From a virus (Duplodnaviria; Caudoviricetes), in the IMG/VR virus record IMGVR_UViG_3300048851_000175, positions 84 to 64,083 of that record: 64,000 nucleotides of DNA. One strand, written 5' to 3'. A model generated the notes under the pieces. It worked only from the letters and a program-made list of their open reading frames with translations. It ran no database searches and was not told where the DNA came from. Both the position numbers and the translations under genes were made by a program. Shown here one piece after another: positions 24,270 to 33,986 of the stretch. Every line of letters starts with the position of its first letter. Within the stretch, counting starts at the first letter, position 1.

Positions 24270-25996
24270 TGGCCAAATCCGCCCACCCTAACGTCGATAA
24301 GGCGATGGCGTGGGGTCGGTCATTGCTTCGCGGAAAGGTGCCAGCCTGTCGTTACATCCACCAGGCCGTGCAGCGCCACTTCGACGACGTCGGTGCGAGC
24401 CGCAAGCGTGGGTTCCGGTTCAAGTTTGATCCCGCGAAGGCTGAAAAGAAGCTGAAGCTGATGCAGCTCCTGCCGCACACGAAGGGCGAGTGGGCTTTTA
24501 AGCGTCAGCTGATCACCCTTGAACCTTGGCAGCTTTTCGGCCTGGCCGTCACGTTTGGCTGGGTCAAGAAGAAAGGCGGGCACCGCCGGTTCCGTGAGAG
24601 CTATTGGGAAGTGCCCCGCAAGAACGGGAAGTCCGTAGTTGCGGGCGGCGTTGGTATCAGCATGTTTGTGGCCGACGGAGAGTTCGGTGCCGAGGTGTAT
24701 GCCGGCGCGACTACTGAAAAGCAGGCATGGGAGGTTTTCCGGCCCGCGAAGCTGATGGTCAGCAAGTCGCCTATGCTGATTCAAGCTGCCGGCATCGAGG
24801 TCAACGCCTCGAACATGAACATTCCGTCCGACTTCAGCCGCTTCGAGCCGCTGATCGGCGATCCCGGTGACGGTGCTTCACCGAGCTGCGCGATCGTCGA
24901 CGAATATCACGAGCATCGGACCTCCGCCCAGTACGACACCATGCTGACGGGGATGGGCGCGCGGCGTCAGCCGCTGATGTTCATCATCACCACCGCCGGC
25001 GCCGATATCGAAGGGCCTTGCTACGACAAGCGCCGCCAGGTCGTGGAAATGCTGGCCGGCACCGTCCCCGACGAGGAGCTGTTCGGCTGGATATGGACGC
25101 TCGACGAGGGGGATGACTGGACCGACCCGAAGATGCTGGCGAAGGCCAATCCGAATCACGGCGTTTCGGTGTTCCAGGAGTACTTGGAGAGCCAGCAGGC
25201 GAGGGCCATTCGGTCAGCGCGATTTGCCAACACGTTCAAAACCAAGCATCTCAACCTGTGGGTCAGTGCGAAATCCGGCTTTTTCAACATGCAAAGCTGG
25301 AAGGCCTGCGAAGACGCGACGCTGACGCTCGAACAATTCGAGGGGCAGGAGTGGATTGCCGGTTTCGACTTGGCGCGCAAGCTGGACATGAACTCAAGGG
25401 CTCGCCTGTTTTGGCGGGTTATCGACGGCAAGACCCACTATTACTGCATTGCTCCGAAATTCTGGGTGCCTTACGACACTGCGTACAACACCGATAACAA
25501 GCGAATGTCGGAACGCTTCCAGGCTTGGATCAACTCGGGGCATTTGGAAGTCACCGACGGCGCGGAGATTGATTACCGCGAGATCCTCGAGGACACCAAA
25601 GAGGCCAATCACCAGGCGCCGCTCAGGGAATCGCCAATTGACCCGCACGGTGCAACAGGCCTGAGCCACGACCTGGACGATGAAGGGTTTAACCCCATCA
25701 CGATCACGCAGAACTACACCAACATGTCCGACCCGATGAAGGAACTCGAGGCCGCGATCGAGTCTGGCCGCTTCCATCACGACGGGAACCCGATCATGAC
25801 CTGGTGTATCGCCAACGTTATTGGCAAGAACATGCCCGGTAACGATGACGTGGTGCGTCCGATCAAGCAGGGCGACGACAACAAGATTGACGGGGCGGTG
25901 GCGCTGATCATGACGATCGGCCGGGTGCTTGTAGATGCGGCGCAGAACACCACCGAATCTTTCATGGACTCAATCCGGAATCCAATAATCGCATGA
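24269..25996 (+). CDS. terL: Terminase large subunit
   Basis: Walker A VPRKNGKS, Walker B IVDEYH, nuclease GFDLA and KIDGAVA. Confidence 0.96.
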   Translation: MAKSAHPNVDKAMAWGRSLLRGKVPACRYIHQAVQRHFDDVGASRKRGFRFKFDPAKAEKKLKLMQLLPHTKGEWAFKRQLITLEPWQLFGLAVTFGWVKKKGGHRRFRESYWEVPRKNGKSVVAGGVGISMFVADGEFGAEVYAGATTEKQAWEVFRPAKLMVSKSPMLIQAAGIEVNASNMNIPSDFSRFEPLIGDPGDGASPSCAIVDEYHEHRTSAQYDTMLTGMGARRQPLMFIITTAGADIEGPCYDKRRQVVEMLAGTVPDEELFGWIWTLDEGDDWTDPKMLAKANPNHGVSVFQEYLESQQARAIRSARFANTFKTKHLNLWVSAKSGFFNMQSWKACEDATLTLEQFEGQEWIAGFDLARKLDMNSRARLFWRVIDGKTHYYCIAPKFWVPYDTAYNTDNKRMSERFQAWINSGHLEVTDGAEIDYREILEDTKEANHQAPLRESPIDPHGATGLSHDLDDEGFNPITITQNYTNMSDPMKELEAAIESGRFHHDGNPIMTWCIANVIGKNMPGNDDVVRPIKQGDDNKIDGAVALIMTIGRVLVDAAQNTTESFMDSIRNPIIA

Positions 25997-26157
25997 GCCT
26001 GCCACTGATTTTTTTCATCCTGACGGCGTTGGCAGGTTTCGGTCTGCTCGTCGGAGGGGTTTTTATCCTGTTCGGTATCGGGTGGGCGCTCATTGCAGCG
26101 GCTGCTTCAATGTTTCTGATTTCCGGCTTCATTCAAAAAGGTCTAGCAGGTGAATAA
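25993..26157 (+). CDS. Small two-TM protein between terL and portal (54 aa)
   Basis: [54 protein letters not shown]; overlaps both neighbours. Confidence 0.65.
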   Translation: MSLPLIFFILTALAGFGLLVGGVFILFGIGWALIAAAASMFLISGFIQKGLAGE

Positions 26158-27451
26158 ATCTCTCTCGCTGGTCCTCGGCAGGTCTGCGGCCAAGCCGATC
26201 AGGTCGCTCGGCGACTGGACGGGAAAAGCCATCCGCCTGAGTGACGGTGGGTTCTGGGGCTCATTCCTCGGAAACCAGTCCAGTTCCGGCAAATCGGTGA
26301 ATGCCGACAACGTCATGCGCCTGTCCACCGTTTGGGCCTGCGTTCGGATCATTTCCACCTCTGTCGCTGGCTTGCCTCTGGGCGTATTCCGGCGCAAGGC
26401 CGATGGCGATCGTGAGGACGCGCGAGATTTCTCGCTGTACGACGTCATCCACAGCAGCCCCAATGAGGACATGACTGCGTTCCAGTTCTGGCAGGCGGTG
26501 GTGTCTTCGATGCTGCTCTGGGGTAACGCGTATTGCGAAATTCACCGATCAGGCGGCCGGGTCATTGCTTTGGACTTCCTCCTGCCTTCCCGGGTAGATC
26601 TGGACGTCGATGATGACGGGCGGCTGGAGTACTGGTACCGGCCCCGCAAAGGGCCTCGCCGCCAGATTGCCCGCGGCGACATGCTGCATATCCCTGCCTT
26701 CAGCATCGATGGGCGGGTGGGAATGTCCGCGATCCGGTTCGGCTCCGAAGTTTTTGGCGCGGCCATGTCCGCCGACGACGCTGCAAACGGCACGTTCAAA
26801 AATGGTCTGCTTCCGACCGTAGCTTTCAGTGTTGACCGGGTGCTCAACCCTGCACAGCGATCAGAGTTCAGGGAATACGTAAAAACGGTATCCGGCGCAA
26901 TGAATGCCGGGAAGTCGCCGGTGCTTGAACAGGGCGTGAAGGCTGAAACTATCGGCATCAATCCGGTTGATGCACAGCTGCTGGAGTCGCGTGGGCACAG
27001 CATCGAGGAAATCTGCCGCTGGTTCGGCGTGCCGCCTTGGATGGTGGGAAAAACCGACGCGGGCAGTAACTGGGGCACCGGTCTTGAGCAGCAGATGATC
27101 GCGTTCCTGACCTTCTGCATCAGTTCGATCACGAGCCAGATTCAGCAGTGCGTCAACAAGCGCCTGCTCACTCCCGTTGACCGGCGCACCTACTACACGG
27201 AATTTTCTTTGGAAGCCTTTTTGAAAGCCGACAGTGCGGGCCGTGCGGAGTGGTACAGCAAGATGACCCAGAACGGGATCATGACCCGTGACGAATGCCG
27301 CGTGAAGGAGAATCTCCCACGCCACGGCGGCAACGCGTCGGTGCTCACCGTTCAAACCAACCTCGCGCCAATCGACAAGCTCGGGCAGTCCACCGACGGG
27401 CAAGCCGCTCAAAATGCTTTGAAAAACTGGCTCGGCCAGGCTCAGGAGTAA
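26150..27451 (+). CDS. HK97-family portal protein
   Basis: STVWACVRII, PNEDMTAFQFW, LLWGNAY, ICRWFGVPP. Confidence 0.95.
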   Translation: MNKSLSLVLGRSAAKPIRSLGDWTGKAIRLSDGGFWGSFLGNQSSSGKSVNADNVMRLSTVWACVRIISTSVAGLPLGVFRRKADGDREDARDFSLYDVIHSSPNEDMTAFQFWQAVVSSMLLWGNAYCEIHRSGGRVIALDFLLPSRVDLDVDDDGRLEYWYRPRKGPRRQIARGDMLHIPAFSIDGRVGMSAIRFGSEVFGAAMSADDAANGTFKNGLLPTVAFSVDRVLNPAQRSEFREYVKTVSGAMNAGKSPVLEQGVKAETIGINPVDAQLLESRGHSIEEICRWFGVPPWMVGKTDAGSNWGTGLEQQMIAFLTFCISSITSQIQQCVNKRLLTPVDRRTYYTEFSLEAFLKADSAGRAEWYSKMTQNGIMTRDECRVKENLPRHGGNASVLTVQTNLAPIDKLGQSTDGQAAQNALKNWLGQAQE

Positions 27452-27453
27452 CC

Positions 27454-28317
27454 ATGTCATTGAATGTAAATGCTCGCAGTTTCAACTGTGAGCTGAGCCC
27501 GCGTGCGCTTGATTTGTGGAACCCGGATCTGCGCGCCGCGCTGGAAGCCGGCACCGATACAATCACCATGTACGGGATCATCGGCGAAGACTGGTATGGG
27601 GATGGCGTCACGCTCAAGCGCGTCGACGCTGCACTGCGCGCCATCGGCGACAAACCGGTCACCGTTTATATCAACTCCCCGGGCGGTGACATGTTCGAGG
27701 GGATCGCGATCTACAACCGTCTGCTCGAGCACTCCCGAGAGGTGACGGTCAAGGTCCTGGGCTTGGCCGCTTCGGCCGCTTCGGTCATTGCGATGGCTGG
27801 CGCCAAGCGCGAAGTCGCCAAGACGGCGTTCCTGATGATTCATAACTGCTGGACCTACTTCGCCGGTAACCGTCACGCCATCCGCGAGCTTGCGGACACG
27901 ATGGAAGAGTTCGACCGCGCGATGATCAGCCTGTACGCAGACACCAGCGGCCAGGATGAGTCCGCGGTCGAGAAGATGCTCGACGCGGAGACCTACATGA
28001 ACGGATCGAACGCCGTTGAGAAGGGTTTCGCCACCGGCCTGATTTCAGCCTCCGAAGTGGAGCAAGCCCCCAGCGAAGAAGCTAATCAGGCCCACTCAGC
28101 CCGCAAGCTCGACGCTGCGCTCGCCAAATCAGGGATGCCGCGCAGCGAGCGCCGCAAGCTCATCTCAGAAATCAAGACCAGCACGTCTAGCGCTGCTGGC
28201 GGCGACACGCTTCGCGCTGTCGTGCCGGGCAAGCCTAGCGCTGCCCTTGATGTATCCGCGTTTGAAGAAACCGCAAATCAGGCGTCGGCACTTCGGGGGC
28301 TTATCCCCGCCTGCTGA
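27454..28317 (+). CDS. ClpP-like prohead protease
   Basis: YINSPGGD, AASAASVIAMAG, LMIHN, AETYM. Confidence 0.92.
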   Translation: MSLNVNARSFNCELSPRALDLWNPDLRAALEAGTDTITMYGIIGEDWYGDGVTLKRVDAALRAIGDKPVTVYINSPGGDMFEGIAIYNRLLEHSREVTVKVLGLAASAASVIAMAGAKREVAKTAFLMIHNCWTYFAGNRHAIRELADTMEEFDRAMISLYADTSGQDESAVEKMLDAETYMNGSNAVEKGFATGLISASEVEQAPSEEANQAHSARKLDAALAKSGMPRSERRKLISEIKTSTSSAAGGDTLRAVVPGKPSAALDVSAFEETANQASALRGLIPAC

Positions 28318-28343
28318 TCGACTGGCGCTGCAACCCATTTGAT

Positions 28344-28366
28344 AACCGCCCTAGAGGCGGTTTTTT
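28344..28366 (+). terminator. Intra-operon terminator before the capsid gene
   Basis: AACCGCC-ctaga-GGCGGTTTTTT. Confidence 0.6.
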
Positions 28367-28387
28367 CATTTCTGAAAGGACCAAATC

Positions 28388-29584
28388 ATGCCTGTAGATC
28401 TTTCTGCAATTGAAGCTTCCCAGAAGCAAACCCAAGCCGACCTGAAAGCTGTTGGCGACCAGATCAAGACTTACGCCGAGCGCACTGAGAAGGAAATCAA
28501 AGCCTCCGGTGAAATGCAGGCTGAGACCCGTGGCAAGGTGGACGAGCTGCTGCTGAAGCAGGGCGAGCTTCAAGCGCGCATGCAGGATGCTGAGCAAAAG
28601 CTGGTCAATGCCAACAAGCGTCATGAGCCGGAAGTTCAGCAGTCTGCCGGCCAGCTCGTCGCTGCGAAAATGACCGAAGAGGGCGTCAACAGTTCTTTCC
28701 GCGGCTCCCGCCGTGTGACCGTACCGCGCGCCGCAATCACCTCCGTGCCGACCTCCGGCGGAGCGCTGGTGCAGACCGAGCGCGTCGGCATCGTTCTCGC
28801 ACCGCAGCGCCGTCTGACCATTCGCGATCTGGTGGCGCCTGGCACCACCGACAGCAATGCGATCGAGTACGTGCGTGAAACCGGCTTCACGAATAACGCC
28901 GCCATCGTCGGCGAGGGCCTGGCCAAGCCTTACAGCGATCTGAAGTTCGAGCTGCAGAACGCGAACGTGCGAACCATCGCGCATCTGTTCAAAGGCAGCC
29001 GCCAGATACTGGACGACGCTTCGGCATTGCAGAGCTACATCGACGCCCGAGCTCGCTACGGCCTGCTGATGGCCGAGGAAGCGCAGTTGCTGTACGGCAA
29101 CGGCACGGGCAACAACGTGAAGGGGATCATTCCCCAGGCCCAGATTTACGCAGCGCCTGCTGGCATCCAGGTGCAGGCGATTCAGCGTATTGACCGGATC
29201 CGTCTGGCCCTGCTGCAGGCGCAGCTGGCCGAATTCCCGTCCACCGGTATCGTGCTGAACCCAATCGACTGGGCCGCCATCGAGTTGCTCAAGGATGGCG
29301 ATGGTCGTTACATCATCGGTAAACCGCAAGAAGGTACCGCGCCACGCTTGTGGAACCTGCCGGTCGTTGAAACCCAAGCCATTGTGCAGGACCAGTTCCT
29401 GGTCGGCGCCTTCAGCCTGGCTGCGCAGATCTTCGACCGGATGGGTATCGAGGTGCTGGTGTCGACTGAGAACGCCGACGACTTCGAGAAAAACATGGTG
29501 ACGATCCGCGCTGAAGAGCGCTTGGCTTTCTCTGTGTACCGCCCGGAAGCCTTCGTGACCGGTCCTCTGACCCCAGCGGCTTAA
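28388..29584 (+). CDS. HK97-fold major capsid protein
   Basis: N-terminal coiled-coil delta domain, LTIRDLV, EEAQLLYGNG, LWNLPVV, RAEERL. Confidence 0.96.
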   Translation: MPVDLSAIEASQKQTQADLKAVGDQIKTYAERTEKEIKASGEMQAETRGKVDELLLKQGELQARMQDAEQKLVNANKRHEPEVQQSAGQLVAAKMTEEGVNSSFRGSRRVTVPRAAITSVPTSGGALVQTERVGIVLAPQRRLTIRDLVAPGTTDSNAIEYVRETGFTNNAAIVGEGLAKPYSDLKFELQNANVRTIAHLFKGSRQILDDASALQSYIDARARYGLLMAEEAQLLYGNGTGNNVKGIIPQAQIYAAPAGIQVQAIQRIDRIRLALLQAQLAEFPSTGIVLNPIDWAAIELLKDGDGRYIIGKPQEGTAPRLWNLPVVETQAIVQDQFLVGAFSLAAQIFDRMGIEVLVSTENADDFEKNMVTIRAEERLAFSVYRPEAFVTGPLTPAA

Positions 29585-29639
29585 TCCTTACCACAGAGCG
29601 CCGCCTGCGGGCGGCCTCACTGATTCAGGAGATACGAAC

Positions 29640-30122
29640 ATGGCACGTGCAAGCGCAAGCGATGCAACCAAGGGGGCTGCGACGGCGGCAAATACGACTT
29701 CCGCCCCGTCTGGTCAACAGCCTTCAGCAGAAAGTACCGCCTCCACGGCAGTTGCGCCCGGCGTACAAGGTGGGACCGCGGCAGCAGATGGCGCTTCGGT
29801 GGCGGGCGCAGGGACTGGTCCGATCGAGCCCACTGATTCGGCCAATGGGATTGGCAGCACCGTGCAGGCGGGTCAGCCGTCCTCCGACGCGGCGACAGCA
29901 GCCAGCTTGGCCACCCTCGACGCTTCGGCAGCCACCGGTGAGCAGTTGCAATCCGATGGCGAGGCCGAGGACGGCAACGAGGTCATGATTTACCCGGTCC
30001 GCAGCTACCTGGACGGAAAAGAGATCCGCCGTGCTGGCGGCAAAGGCTACAAGTCGCCGAAGCATGACGCGGTGTCGTTGGTCGCAGCCGGCTTGGCCAC
30101 CGACAAAAAGCCGAAGGCCTGA
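29640..30122 (+). CDS. Ala/Thr/Gly-rich head-region protein
   Basis: Low-complexity linker with a short folded C-terminus (IYPVRSYLD...LVAAGLA). Confidence 0.7.
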   Translation: MARASASDATKGAATAANTTSAPSGQQPSAESTASTAVAPGVQGGTAAADGASVAGAGTGPIEPTDSANGIGSTVQAGQPSSDAATAASLATLDASAATGEQLQSDGEAEDGNEVMIYPVRSYLDGKEIRRAGGKGYKSPKHDAVSLVAAGLATDKKPKA

Positions 30123-30123
30123 C

Positions 30124-30465
30124 ATGAATGCCATCCCGACCGATCAAGCGATGCAACATTTGCGGGCGGACGAGGATGACCGCGAGTACGTCGAGCTGCT
30201 GCTGACCGCCGCCGAGGACAGTGCCTCCCAGTTCATGAACCGGCGGTTTTATGCGGACTTGGATTCGCTGGGGGCTGCTGTGCTCGACGGGTCGGCCGGT
30301 CTTGATCCGGTGCTGATGAATGCGTCGATCCGCGCCGCCTGCTTGCTGATCCTGGGTTCCCTCTATGCCAACCGCGAGGATACGGCCAGCGGCGCTGCAT
30401 TCAGTGAGTTGCCGATGGGCTCGCGGTCGTTGCTGACACCTTACCGAATCGGCTGGGGGATCTGA
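30124..30465 (+). CDS. Head-tail connector (HK97 gp6-like)
   Basis: AMQHLRAD...LLILGSLYANRE...LLTPYRI. Confidence 0.88.
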   Translation: MNAIPTDQAMQHLRADEDDREYVELLLTAAEDSASQFMNRRFYADLDSLGAAVLDGSAGLDPVLMNASIRAACLLILGSLYANREDTASGAAFSELPMGSRSLLTPYRIGWGI

Positions 30466-30797
30466 TGCGCGCCGGCAAGCTTCGACACCATGTAATGCTC
30501 CAGCGCCCTGAGTATTCGCAAGATCCAGTGAGCGGGGAGGTCATCCAATCATGGGTTGACGTCAACAAGGTATGGGCCGCAATCGAGCCGCTGTCGGCAC
30601 GAGAGTTCATCGCCGCAGCAGCGGGTCAGTCTGAAGTGGCGTCGCGTGTGGTGATTCGTTACCGCCCGGGCATCACCTCAGCGATGCGGATCATTCATAG
30701 CGGCAAGGTGTACAACATTCAGGGAGTGCTTGCCGACATGGAGAGCGGCCGCGATTACCTGACGCTTCCATGCAGCGAGGGCGTCAACGATGGTTGA
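30465..30797 (+). CDS. Head closure protein (SPP1 gp16-like)
   Basis: MRAGKLRHHV, VWAAIEPLSARE, IRYRPGITSAMRI. Confidence 0.9.
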   Translation: MRAGKLRHHVMLQRPEYSQDPVSGEVIQSWVDVNKVWAAIEPLSAREFIAAAAGQSEVASRVVIRYRPGITSAMRIIHSGKVYNIQGVLADMESGRDYLTLPCSEGVNDG

Positions 30798-31275
30798 TAC
30801 GGTGCAGTTCAGTCTGATCGGTATCGACTCACTGGTCGCGAAGCTTGAAGCCGTCTCTTACGACGTCAAGCGTAAGGGTGGGCGTGCAGCTCTGCGCAAG
30901 GCTGCGCAGGTCGTGGCGGACAAAGCCAGGGAAGGCGCGCAGAAACTCGACGACACGGCGACAGGCCGCTCGATCGCGAAGAACATCGCGCTGCGTTGGA
31001 ACGGCCGGCTGTTCAAAGCATCGGGCGATCTAGGGTTTCGCGTTGGCGTTCTTCACGGTGCCAAAATCGCCAAAAAGGGAAACCCCGACGAAGGGGAGTC
31101 AGGACCAACACCGCACTGGCGGTTCTTCGAGTTCGGCACCGCCAAGATGGCGGCCAATCCATTCATGCGCAAGGCGCTGGCTGACAACATCAGCCTGGCC
31201 ACGAGCACGTTCATCACTGAATACGAAAAGGCCATTGACCGGGCGATCCGGCGCGCGGCGAAGGCGGCCAAATGA
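30790..31275 (+). CDS. HK97 gp10-like neck/tail protein
   Basis: ALRKAAQVV, WRFFEFGTAKMAANPFMRKAL. Confidence 0.9.
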   Translation: MVDTVQFSLIGIDSLVAKLEAVSYDVKRKGGRAALRKAAQVVADKAREGAQKLDDTATGRSIAKNIALRWNGRLFKASGDLGFRVGVLHGAKIAKKGNPDEGESGPTPHWRFFEFGTAKMAANPFMRKALADNISLATSTFITEYEKAIDRAIRRAAKAAK

Positions 31276-31640
31276 AATACCCACCCATTTTCCAAGTGGC
31301 GGCGGCCGATCCTGCTGTAACAGCTCTCATCGGGCAACACCCGGTCAGGCTTTATCTATTCGGCATGGCACCGGATAAACCCGCTGGGACCTACTGCGTG
31401 TGGCAGGTCATCAACGGCAGCCCGGAAAACTATCTCGCGGGGCGCCCCGATGTCGAGGCTTACGGCCTGCAGGTTGATGTCTACGCCTCCACTGCCGCAG
31501 CTGCTCGGGCAGCAGGTCAGGCCATCGAGTACGCAATCGAATTGGTCGCGCGGGTGACCAGCTACAACGGCGAAACCCGCGACACCGAGACGACGCTCTA
31601 CCGCTACAGCTTCGACGTCGACTGGATCGTCCAGCGATAA
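31272..31640 (+). CDS. Tail completion/terminator protein (DUF3168-like)
   Basis: LQVDVYA, YRYSFDVDW; position before the tail tube. Confidence 0.82.
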   Translation: MKYPPIFQVAAADPAVTALIGQHPVRLYLFGMAPDKPAGTYCVWQVINGSPENYLAGRPDVEAYGLQVDVYASTAAAARAAGQAIEYAIELVARVTSYNGETRDTETTLYRYSFDVDWIVQR

Positions 31641-31703
31641 CCGAACAACCCAAACCGGCCCGCTACAAGCGGGTTTTTTTGTGCCCGACATTTGGAGATC
31701 ACC

Positions 31704-32435
31704 ATGTCGATTCTGTCCCAAGGAACCCAGATTTACGCCCTGGTGCCGAGTGCCGCCAACCCAGCGGCTTTCGAAGTTCTCGAAATTGAATGCGCTACGG
31801 CATTTAGCCCGGGCGGTAACCCTGCTGACCAGATCGAGGTTACCTGTCTGAGCGACAAGGTACGACGCTACATGCGCGGCCTGCGTACTCCTGGTCAAGC
31901 CTCGTTAACACTCAATGCGGATCCCCGCAACGCATCGCACGTCAGGCTTCACCAGCTCTCCGAAGACGACTCGATCGAGAGCATTCATTGGGCAGTGGGT
32001 TGGTCAGACGGCCTGGACATTGCGCCAACAGTCGGAGCGGCTGGAGCGCTGGCGGCGCTGAGTCTTGCCAATGGAGGCAATGGCTACACCTCGGCCCCAG
32101 CAGTTGCCTTCACCGGGGGCGGCGGCAGTGGTGCGGCAGCAACCGCGCAGATCGCGGGCGGGAAGGTCACTGGCTTCACTATCACCAACGCTGGCACGGG
32201 CTATACGTCCGCTCCCGCCGTGACGCTGACTGGCGGCGCTGGCTCTGGTGCTGTGGCGGCTGCGGTGGTTGGCGAGGCCGATGATTTCGTGCTGCCAAAC
32301 ACCCGCACCTGGTTCATCTTCGACGGCTACGTGTCGGACTTCCCGTTCGACTTCGCCGGGAACGCCGTGGTTACTACCGCCGCAACCATTCAGCGTTCCG
32401 GTGGTTCTGCCTGGATTCGTAAGGTGTCCGCATAA
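31704..32435 (+). CDS. Major tail tube protein with inserted Gly-rich domain
   Basis: [35 protein letters not shown]; two internal GYTSAP repeats. Confidence 0.88.
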   Translation: MSILSQGTQIYALVPSAANPAAFEVLEIECATAFSPGGNPADQIEVTCLSDKVRRYMRGLRTPGQASLTLNADPRNASHVRLHQLSEDDSIESIHWAVGWSDGLDIAPTVGAAGALAALSLANGGNGYTSAPAVAFTGGGGSGAAATAQIAGGKVTGFTITNAGTGYTSAPAVTLTGGAGSGAVAAAVVGEADDFVLPNTRTWFIFDGYVSDFPFDFAGNAVVTTAATIQRSGGSAWIRKVSA

Positions 32436-32791
32436 TGGATCTGAGCATCGAGAGTCTCAAGAAATCCAAAGCGTTCACCTCCCGCCCGGTAGAAAAAACT
32501 ATTGAATGGGAAAATGCCGGGAAGAAGCACAAGTTCGTCACCTACGTTCGACCGTTGTCTTACCAGACCGCGGTTGGCGACATCAGCGCGCGGAATGGGG
32601 TAGACCCTCTCGCTGCGCGCATCGCCTCCAGCATCTGCGATAAGGATGGCGCACCGGTCTTCACCGTTGCGGACCTGACCGGACAGAACGATCCGGAGCG
32701 TGGCGCGCTGGATCCGTTGCTTACGCAGCTGCTGCTGATTGCGATAAGTGAGGTTCAGAACCTGGGAAAGACACCGGCCTCGACGAAGTAG
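32435..32791 (+). CDS. Tail assembly chaperone (gpG-like)
   Basis: Follows the tail tube; slippery heptamer near its end. Confidence 0.85.
   Translation: MDLSIESLKKSKAFTSRPVEKTIEWENAGKKHKFVTYVRPLSYQTAVGDISARNGVDPLAARIASSICDKDGAPVFTVADLTGQNDPERGALDPLLTQLLLIAISEVQNLGKTPASTK
32764..32770 (+). promoter_or_regulatory. -1 programmed ribosomal frameshift site GGGAAAG (G-T fusion)
   Basis: G GGA AAG in the chaperone frame; the -1 frame is open (GKDTGLDEVDEIWCELV) into 32812-33072. Same heptamer as lambda G-T. Confidence 0.85.
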
Positions 32792-33072
32792 ACGAAATTT
32801 GGTGCGAGCTGGTGATGAATGGAATCGGTGGCCGCACCATTGCCGAGGCGCAGGCCAACATGACCTTTCCCGAGTTCATGGTTTGGTGCAAGTTTCGCGG
32901 CAAGCGGGGCTCGCTGAATCAGGGCATGCGGATCGAAGCGGCCGTGGCTCGATTGGCCTCGTTCTATGGCAACAGCCGCGCTGGCAAGAAAGTTTTCAGT
33001 ATTGAAGATTTCGCGCCGCACATGGATGAGCCGCCACTAAGCCTGGATCAGGCAATGGCGACATGGGCCTGA
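32764..33072 (+). CDS. gpT-like frameshift extension of the tail chaperone
   Basis: -1 frame continuation ...MNGIGGRTIAEAQ...DFAPH. Confidence 0.8.
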   Translation, partial: GKDTGLDEVDEIWCELVMNGIGGRTIAEAQANMTFPEFMVWCKFRGKRGSLNQGMRIEAAVARLASFYGNSRAGKKVFSIEDFAPHMDEPPLSLDQAMATWA

Positions 33073-33131
33073 ACAAATATCGACAAATGGATTGTTTGGT
33101 ATGCTTGCGCGAGTCAATGGAGGGAATACTG

Positions 33132-33938
33132 ATGCGCAAGGTTGTTGTGTTGGTCGTTGCAGCTTTGATGCTTTCCGGATGCGGTGAGCCAAAGCTTGAT
33201 GGTAGCTCGGAAGATGCGATGAAGACTTCAGTGCAGAAAGTCTCTGAAAGTCTTTCAGCTGATAAACGGGCTCAGTTTGAAAGTGATCTCAAGCTAGTAC
33301 TTCTGAGCGGGCTAGATTTCAAAGCAGTTCTCCGTGGAGAGAAGTCCACTTCGGACACCACAAAGGCGTTGTTGGCGGACCTCAACGGGAAGACTGCTGA
33401 GCAGGTGGCAGCGGCAGCGACCTCTATCCGGATTGAGCGAGAGCGTCGGGAGCGGGAGCAAGCCGTGCTGGAGATCGAAGAACTCCAAAAAAAGGAAGCG
33501 GCATCATCTGCGTCTAAACAGCAGTTGTCAGCTTTCACAGTGCCAAAGTCGCGGTTCTATTTGGAGGAGGAGAAGTACTCCTATCGTCCGAAGCCGGTGA
33601 TCGAAATTACGGTTAAAAATGGTACGCAGTCGGCTGTCTCACGGGCTTATTTTAAAGGGACGCTAGCGTCCCCAGGCAGATCAATTCCTTGGATAGTTGA
33701 AGACTTCAACTACGAAATAAGCGGCGGTCTCGAGCCGGGAGAACAGCAGACTTGGAGCTTGTTGCCAAACCAATTCGGGCCATGGGGAAAGGTCGATCCT
33801 CCGAAAGATGCTGTGTTCACGGTAGAGGTCGTCCGTCTTGACGGCCCGGACAAAATGGCTCTATTCGATTCCGAGGGATTCTCAGAATCTAGCAAGGCCC
33901 GCTTGGAGTTATTGAAAAAGCAATATTCGAAGCTCTAA
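33132..33938 (+). CDS. Lipoprotein moron (DUF6694-like) between the chaperone and tape-measure genes
   Basis: Lipobox LSGC after a hydrophobic signal; GGAGGG SD; extended -10-like TGGTATGCT near 33100; own terminator at 33948-33970. Confidence 0.78.
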   Translation: MRKVVVLVVAALMLSGCGEPKLDGSSEDAMKTSVQKVSESLSADKRAQFESDLKLVLLSGLDFKAVLRGEKSTSDTTKALLADLNGKTAEQVAAAATSIRIERERREREQAVLEIEELQKKEAASSASKQQLSAFTVPKSRFYLEEEKYSYRPKPVIEITVKNGTQSAVSRAYFKGTLASPGRSIPWIVEDFNYEISGGLEPGEQQTWSLLPNQFGPWGKVDPPKDAVFTVEVVRLDGPDKMALFDSEGFSESSKARLELLKKQYSKL

Positions 33939-33947
33939 TAATTGTTA

Positions 33948-33970
33948 AACCCGCTACGGCGGGTTTTTTT
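33948..33970 (+). terminator. Moron terminator
   Basis: AACCCGC-tacg-GCGGGTTTTTTT. Confidence 0.7.
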
Positions 33971-33986
33971 ATGCCTGGAGGAAAGC

